Position numbers and translations under genes: made by a program
Notes under the pieces: generated by a model
Databases searched by the model: none
Told to the model about the DNA's origin: nothing
The model's input: the letters and a program-made list of their open reading frames with translations, nothing else
Source: an uncultured Poribacteria bacterium
GTDB lineage: Bacteria; Poribacteria; WGA-4E; WGA-3G
DNA length: 64,000 nt
NCBI GenBank assembly: GCA_951813565.1
Contig: OX638351.1
Coordinates: 4,992,001 to 5,056,000 of the forward strand
Reading direction: 5' to 3'
In this document: positions 58,080-64,000 of the stretch, in pieces
How positions within the stretch are numbered: position 1 is the stretch's first letter
How the letters are laid out: each line of letters opens with the position of its first letter

Positions 58080-59120
58080 ATGTATAAAACTGCGATGTTA
58101 GGGTGTGGTGGTCGCGCCCGTGGGCACGTAGATGCTTATCGCTTCGTCAAACGTGGAAAACTCGCTGCACTCTGCGATATGGACGAAGAGCGACTCAACA
58201 GATTCGGAGATGACTTCGGTATATCTTCGTGTTACACCGACTTGGACGAAATGCTTGAAAAAGAGAAACCTGATGTCCTTCACATCGTCACAAGCCCTGT
58301 CATTCCGAGTAGTGAGGAACGTATTCGTTATCCGTTGATGAAACAGGTTTCAGACCATGGCGTGCCAGCGGCAATTGTTGAAAAACCGGTCGCTATTGAA
58401 GGCGAAGATTGGAAACAGATTGCCGGGTTAGCAGAAGAGACGAAAACGAAATTTGTCGTTAATACACAACTTAACTTCCACCCGAAAAATCTTGAGTTAA
58501 AACAAGATGTCGCAGAAGGACGTATCGGCGAGATCAGGTTTATTGATGCCAGTGTGCGTAGTAGACCTGCCGAGCAGGGAGCACATATGCTACAGTTAGT
58601 GTCCTCGTACATTGACAACTCACGTCCTGTGCGGATTCTTGGACAAATCGCTGGAAGCGAGAATTTGAATTCTGATACGCATCCCGCTCCGCAGCATGCA
58701 GTCGGGCATGTTTTGTATGAGAACGGGCTCCATGTCTCTCTTGCGTTTGGAACAGAGATGGCACAAATGGCATCCGATGATCCGGGTATCTATGGTCATA
58801 AACGTGTTTTTGTTGCTGGGACGAAGGGCTTTGTGCATTGGCGTTTCAGCAGTTGGGAACGCGCAACGTTAGAGGATGGCTATGAGGGAGGCCAGCTGAA
58901 CTATGGAGAGCAAGATGTCGTAGCGCAGGCTAACTTCACTGAAGCCATTTTTGATTGGTTAGACGATGAGAGCAATGTCCATCCGACGCATCTCAAACAA
59001 TCGCTGGCAGAGTTTAACCTCATCTTAGGGATGTACTACAGTGGGATAACAAACAAGATCATTGAACTGCCATTTGTACCTCCCGATGGGTTAATGGACT
59101 CACTCCGGGAAAAGTTGTAA
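58080..59120 (+). CDS. Gfo/Idh/MocA family oxidoreductase, tandem paralog 1
   Basis: MYKTAMLGCGGRA, EKPD, VEKP; RBS GGAG. Confidence 0.88.
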   Translation: MYKTAMLGCGGRARGHVDAYRFVKRGKLAALCDMDEERLNRFGDDFGISSCYTDLDEMLEKEKPDVLHIVTSPVIPSSEERIRYPLMKQVSDHGVPAAIVEKPVAIEGEDWKQIAGLAEETKTKFVVNTQLNFHPKNLELKQDVAEGRIGEIRFIDASVRSRPAEQGAHMLQLVSSYIDNSRPVRILGQIAGSENLNSDTHPAPQHAVGHVLYENGLHVSLAFGTEMAQMASDDPGIYGHKRVFVAGTKGFVHWRFSSWERATLEDGYEGGQLNYGEQDVVAQANFTEAIFDWLDDESNVHPTHLKQSLAEFNLILGMYYSGITNKIIELPFVPPDGLMDSLREKL

Positions 59121-59225
59121 TTTGATATGAATTAGTATTGTGGGTGAGGTCACTACGCCTTCACCCTATGCTATGTTCTGGTACGCTGCTGGCGTACCAT
59201 TGTTAACATTAGAGGAGATAGTTTT

Positions 59226-60263
59226 ATGTATAAAAGTGCGATGTTAGGGTGCGGTGGACGCGCCCGAGGCCATGCAAGTGCCTATCGCTTTGTTAAAGGT
59301 GGTAAACTCGCAGCAATCTGCGATATGAACGAAGAACGTCTCAACGACTTCGGCGATAATTTCGATATTTCTTCTCGCTATACAGATTTAGATGAGATGC
59401 TTGAGAAGGAAAAACCTGACCTGCTTCACATTGTTACGGCTCCTGTGCTACGCGGTTCTAATGAACGAATTCGGTATTCGCTAATGAAGCAAGCATCAGA
59501 CCAGGGCGTGCCAGCAGCGATTGTGGAAAAACCTATTGCTGTTGAAAGCGAAGATTGGAAACAGATTGCAGGGTTAGCAGAAGAAACAAAAACAAAGTTT
59601 GTTGTCAATACACAACTTAACTTCCATCCGAAAAACCTTGAACTAAAGCGAGATGTCGCAGACGGTAAAATAGGTGAGCTAAAGTTCATTGATGCAAGCG
59701 CGCGCAGCACACCAGTAGATCAAGGTCCACACGTACTTCAGTTGGTATCATCCTACATTGATAATTCCAGACCTGTGAGTGTGCTTGGGCAAATCTCAGG
59801 AAGAGAACATCTGGATTCAGCGCAACCTTCACCGATGCATGCTGCAGCACAGGTTATATATGAAAATGGACTTCATGTTTCACTCGCTTTTGGGCAGGGC
59901 ATGGGGACGATGGCATCCGATAATCAAGGTATTTATTGCCACAAGCGTGTCTTTGTTGTTGGAACAGAAGGGTTCGTGCATTGGCGGTTTAGTAGTTGGG
60001 AACGCGCAACGCAAAAAGGTGGCTACGAAGGTGGTCCACTCAACTATGGAGAACAGGATGTTGAAGCACAAGGCAACCTGACAGAGGCTGTATTTGATTG
60101 GCTTGACGATGAAAACAAAGAACATCCGACACATCTCAAACAATCCCTTGCTGAGTTCAATCTCCTTTTAGGCATGTACCATAGTGGTACAACGAATCAA
60201 ATTATCGATCTTCCGTTTGATCCACCAGATGGGTTAATGGATACACTTAGAGAACGGTTATAA
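59226..60263 (+). CDS. Gfo/Idh/MocA family oxidoreductase, tandem paralog 2
   Basis: MYKSAMLGCGGRA; closely similar to its neighbours. Confidence 0.88.
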   Translation: MYKSAMLGCGGRARGHASAYRFVKGGKLAAICDMNEERLNDFGDNFDISSRYTDLDEMLEKEKPDLLHIVTAPVLRGSNERIRYSLMKQASDQGVPAAIVEKPIAVESEDWKQIAGLAEETKTKFVVNTQLNFHPKNLELKRDVADGKIGELKFIDASARSTPVDQGPHVLQLVSSYIDNSRPVSVLGQISGREHLDSAQPSPMHAAAQVIYENGLHVSLAFGQGMGTMASDNQGIYCHKRVFVVGTEGFVHWRFSSWERATQKGGYEGGPLNYGEQDVEAQGNLTEAVFDWLDDENKEHPTHLKQSLAEFNLLLGMYHSGTTNQIIDLPFDPPDGLMDTLRERL

Positions 60264-60396
60264 ATCAACTAAAGATTTTCCTTATGTAAAGATTAGCGGT
60301 AGCAGCGAATATCTTTGCCACTATCGCTAATTATTATATACCGTGTGTAGAATATTTATGTTTGCACAGTTCAAAAACGTATAAGGAGCAATTTCC

Positions 60397-61434
60397 ATGT
60401 ATAAAAGTGCATTTTTAGGATGTGGTGGGCGTGCCCGTGCACATGCCAGCGCATACCGTTTTGTTAAAGGCGGCAAAATTGGCGCAATATGTGATATGAA
60501 TGAGGAACTCCTCAATAAGTTCGGTGATGACTTTGATGTTTCTTCCCGCTACACAGATTTAGATGAGATGCTTGAAAAAGAGAAACCTGATCTTCTCCAC
60601 ATCGTCACCGCGCCAGTATTACGCGGTACCAATCAGCGCATCCGATATCCGTTGATGAAGCAGGCCTCTGACCATGGCGTGCCAGCAGCGATTGTAGAAA
60701 AACCGATTGCTGTTGAAAGTGAAGACTGGAAACAGATCGCTGGGTTAGCAGAAGAGACGAAAACAAAGTTTATTGTCAACACACAACTAAACTTTCACCC
60801 CAAAAACCTTGAACTGAAGCGGGATGTGGCTGAGGGTAAAATCGGTGAGATCAAGTTTATTGATGCCAGTGCACGCAGTACACCTGTTGACCAAGCACCG
60901 CATGTATTGCAGTTGGTATCGTCATATATCGATAACTCGCGTCCGGTCAAAGTGTTAGGTCAAATTGCAGGTAGAGAACAGTTAGACTCAGCGCAGCCCT
61001 CTCCGATGCATGCTGCCGGACAGGCAATATATGAAAATGGTCTACACGTTTCACTTGCGTTTGGCACAGGCATGGGGACGTTGGCGTCTGAGAGTGGAGG
61101 CACAGTAACACATAAACGTGTTTTTGTAGTGGGAACAAAAGGTTTTGTGCATTGGCGGTTCAGTAGCTGGGAACGGTCTACACATGAAGGTGGTTACGAG
61201 GGAGGCCCACTCAATTATGGCGAGCAAGATACCCAAGCACAGGGCAACCTTACAGAAGCAGCTTTTGATTGGCTTGACGATGAGAACAAAGAACATCCGA
61301 CACATCTCAAGCAATCCCTTGCAGAATTTAATCTGCTGTTAGGTATTTACTATAGCGGGATAACAAATCAGATTATTGATCTTCCGTTTGACCCACCAGA
61401 TGGGCTAATGAATTCTCTGAAGGACCATCTGTAA
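60397..61434 (+). CDS. Gfo/Idh/MocA family oxidoreductase, tandem paralog 3
   Basis: MYKSAFLGCGGRA. Confidence 0.88.
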   Translation: MYKSAFLGCGGRARAHASAYRFVKGGKIGAICDMNEELLNKFGDDFDVSSRYTDLDEMLEKEKPDLLHIVTAPVLRGTNQRIRYPLMKQASDHGVPAAIVEKPIAVESEDWKQIAGLAEETKTKFIVNTQLNFHPKNLELKRDVAEGKIGEIKFIDASARSTPVDQAPHVLQLVSSYIDNSRPVKVLGQIAGREQLDSAQPSPMHAAGQAIYENGLHVSLAFGTGMGTLASESGGTVTHKRVFVVGTKGFVHWRFSSWERSTHEGGYEGGPLNYGEQDTQAQGNLTEAAFDWLDDENKEHPTHLKQSLAEFNLLLGIYYSGITNQIIDLPFDPPDGLMNSLKDHL

Positions 61435-61604
61435 ACTAATAAAATAGCGTGGAGGTAGATAAGTCTCTGCCTCCAGAGCTGCCCACACGGGTATGTATGT
61501 TTTCATTAACTAAAGTTCCCTCTTGTAGGAGGGGTTTCTAACCCCGATTTATTATGTGCCATAAGTTCATATCCTACCTGTGTCAAAATTAAAGGAGACA
61601 TTCT

Positions 61605-62642
61605 ATGTATAAAACAGCGATGTTAGGGTGCGGTGGTCGTGCCCGTGCACATGCTGACGCGTATCGCTTTGTTAAAGGTGGCAAACTCGCAGCAATCTGC
61701 GATATGAATGAGGAATTGCTTACCAACTTCGGCAATGATTTCGGTATCTCTTCCCGCTACACAGATTTAGATGAGATGCTTGAAAAAGAGAAACCCGATG
61801 TCCTTCATATCGTCACAGCACCTGTTTTACGCGGGACCAGGGAACGGATTCGGTACCCGTTGATGAAGCAAGCATCAGATCACGGTGTACCAGCAGCGAT
61901 TGTGGAAAAACCGATTGCTGTTGAAAGCGAAGACTGGAAGCAGCTTGCTGGATTAGCAGAAGAGACTAAAACGAAGTTTGTCGTTAACACACAACTGAAT
62001 TTTCATCCCAAAAACTTAGAATTAAAACGAGATGTCGCAGAGGGCAAAATTGGTGAGATAAAGTTTATTGATGCAAGCGCACGCAGCACGCCTGTTGACC
62101 AGGCGCCTCACGTGTTGCAACTTGTCTCTTCCTACATAGATAACTCGCGTCCAGTGCGGGTGCTCGGACAGGTTTCTGGGGCTCAGGATTTGGACTCCAC
62201 TCAGCCCTCCCCTATGCATGCTGCCGCTCAGGCTGTATATGAAAATGGCCTTCACGTCTCTCTTGCGTTCGGGGCAAGTGTAGGGACGCGAGTGCCTATA
62301 GATTCGGGTAATCACACCCACAAACGTGTCTTTGTCGTAGGCACAAAAGGTTTCGTGCATTGGCGGTTCAGCAGCTGGGAACGCGCAACACCAGAAGGTG
62401 GTTACGAAAGCGGTCCACTTGACTATGGAGAGCAAGACGTCGTCGCGCAGGGTAATCTTACCAATGCTGTTTTCGATTGGCTTGACGATGAGAACAATGT
62501 GCATCCGACGCATCTTAAACAATCCCTTGCGGAATTCAATCTCCTCCTCGGTATATACTACAGCGGCGTAACGAATCAGATTATTGACCTCCCGTTTGAA
62601 CCGCCCGATGGCTTGATTGATATCTTGCGAAAAAAACTATAA
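61605..62642 (+). CDS. Gfo/Idh/MocA family oxidoreductase, tandem paralog 4
   Basis: MYKTAMLGCGGRA. Confidence 0.88.
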   Translation: MYKTAMLGCGGRARAHADAYRFVKGGKLAAICDMNEELLTNFGNDFGISSRYTDLDEMLEKEKPDVLHIVTAPVLRGTRERIRYPLMKQASDHGVPAAIVEKPIAVESEDWKQLAGLAEETKTKFVVNTQLNFHPKNLELKRDVAEGKIGEIKFIDASARSTPVDQAPHVLQLVSSYIDNSRPVRVLGQVSGAQDLDSTQPSPMHAAAQAVYENGLHVSLAFGASVGTRVPIDSGNHTHKRVFVVGTKGFVHWRFSSWERATPEGGYESGPLDYGEQDVVAQGNLTNAVFDWLDDENNVHPTHLKQSLAEFNLLLGIYYSGVTNQIIDLPFEPPDGLIDILRKKL

Positions 62643-62812
62643 AACGGTAACTTATACTATTTCTGAATGATCGTTTTCATTGACAAAAAACCCGTTCGTA
62701 GTCGTGCAATTCATTACGCCTCGGACATTCTTCACTTCAGTGTGAACTCAAAATCTTGTAATGAGATTTTATTCTTCAGAATAGGTGTTACATTGTGCTG
62801 TTAACACTACTT

Positions 62813-63323
62813 ATACCACATTAACTTGATTCATATTTATGGAGCAGTTAGGAAAACGCACCTTATGCGTCAATTTAAGGATATACCCTCTTGTGGGAGC
62901 GAATCAACGCAGCATGCGCGTTTGGCATGCTGCCAAATCAACACCAAATGCGACGAGTGCCATACGCGCGCTCGGCGTTGATTCTGCTTTTTGGCATTTG
63001 TCCAAATCAACGCAGCATGCGCGTCCGGCATGCTGCCAAATCAACACCAAATGCGCTTTTTGGCATTTGTCGGGTTTTCAACCCCGATTTTCTTCTGTAG
63101 GAGCGACCTCCCGGTCGCGAGCTGGAGCTCCCTCCTACAGAATGTCCGAGGCGACAAGTCATGGCGAATACCAAGCGTATTCGCCCAAGTGCGCTTGGCG
63201 TTGATTTGGCAATGAATTGCGCGACTACAAACGCTTTTTTTCTTAAATTGACAGTTATGGAGCGGTTAGGAAACCGCTCCTACCGTCCGGAAAATGCGAT
63301 AAATCCCATTAATTTGGTATTAT
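62813..63323. repeat. Composite nested repeat element (GTCAATTTAAG-bounded core ~62863-63259)
   Basis: Shares 62868-63088 with 8625-8844 and 63187-63323 with 1-137; several CAAATCAAC-hairpin modules. Confidence 0.85.
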
Positions 63324-63361
63324 TTGGGTTCAAATCAGAATACTATAAAGGAGACATTTTT

Positions 63362-64000
63362 ATGTATAAAAGTGCGATGTTAGGGTGTGGTGGTCGTGCC
63401 CGTGCGCATGCCGATGCCTATCGCTTTGTGAAAGGTGGTAAACTCGCAGCAATCTGCGATATGAATGAGGAATTGCTCAACAGATTCGGAGATGACTTCG
63501 GTATCTCTTCACGCTATACAGACTTAGATGAGATGCTTGAGAAAGAGAAACCAGATGTCCTTCATATCGTCACGGCACCAGTGCTACGTGGTTCCAATGA
63601 GCGTATTCGGTATCCGCTAATGAAGCAAGCATCTGATCACGGTGTGCCAGCAGCGATTGTGGAGAAACCGATTGCCGTTGAAAGCGAGGACTGGAAACAG
63701 ATAGCCGGATTGGCAGAAGAGACTAAAACGAAGTTTGTTGTCAACACGCAGCTTAACTTTCATCCACAAAATCTTGAATTGAAACGGGATGTTGCAGAGG
63801 GCAAAATCGGTGAAATAAAGTTTATTGATGCAAGTGCGCGCAGCACACCCGTTGACCAAGGACCGCACGTCCTTCAGTTAGTGTCATCCTATATTGACAA
63901 TTCACGTCCAGTTAGGGTATTAGGACAAATTTCTGGCGGTGCACATTTAGATTCTGCACAGCCATCTCCGCAATACGCCGCAGCACGAGTCCAATACGAG
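63362..64000 (+). CDS. Gfo/Idh/MocA family oxidoreductase, tandem paralog 5 (runs off the window end)
   Basis: RBS AAGGAG; ATG TAT AAA AGT GCG ATG TTA GGG TGT (MYKSAMLGC); appears open to 64000; absent from the ORF track. Confidence 0.88.
   Translation, partial: MYKSAMLGCGGRARAHADAYRFVKGGKLAAICDMNEELLNRFGDDFGISSRYTDLDEMLEKEKPDVLHIVTAPVLRGSNERIRYPLMKQASDHGVPAAIVEKPIAVESEDWKQIAGLAEETKTKFVVNTQLNFHPQNLELKRDVAEGKIGEIKFIDASARSTPVDQGPHVLQLVSSYIDNSRPVRVLGQISGGAHLDSAQPSPQYAAARVQYE

Noticed and set aside
58080..64000. Diversity-generating retroelement or assembly artefact behind the paralog array
   Set aside because: No reverse transcriptase; differences are spread over synonymous sites rather than adenine-specific; intergenic regions differ.

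Overview
64-kb window of a bacterial chromosome with moderately low GC. It is most likely Candidatus Poribacteria or a relative; this is inferred from the secreted LamG proteins sharing a C-terminal VEPxxKLxxxW motif, the sulfatases and the expanded Gfo/Idh/MocA oxidoreductases. The standout is a defence island at ~15.3-28 kb. There, a Type I restriction-modification locus (hsdR...hsdS...hsdM) carries, between hsdR and hsdS and overlapping the hsdS start, a ~1113-aa fusion of a Schlafen/AlbA_2 domain, a GHKL-type (HATPase_c_4) domain and a full-length, catalytically dead prokaryotic Argonaute. An uncharacterised two-gene module occurs on both sides of hsdM. Also present: tRNA-Phe and tRNA-Thr; a possible biosynthetic gene set split into two blocks (flavin halogenase-like, HemN-like radical SAM, adenylating enzymes, ALDH, Fe-ADH, PQQ-type propellers); a solo tnpB (IS200/IS605) element beside a nonsense-interrupted protease; a cluster of intact and decayed toxin-antitoxin modules; five tandem Gfo/Idh/MocA paralogs; and a nested non-coding repeat system (MITEs with TSDs, GTAG-type REP palindromes, and 32-56 bp CAAATCAAC-hairpin micro-insertions with both empty and filled sites in the window). 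All family calls come from reading motifs by eye; no searches were run.
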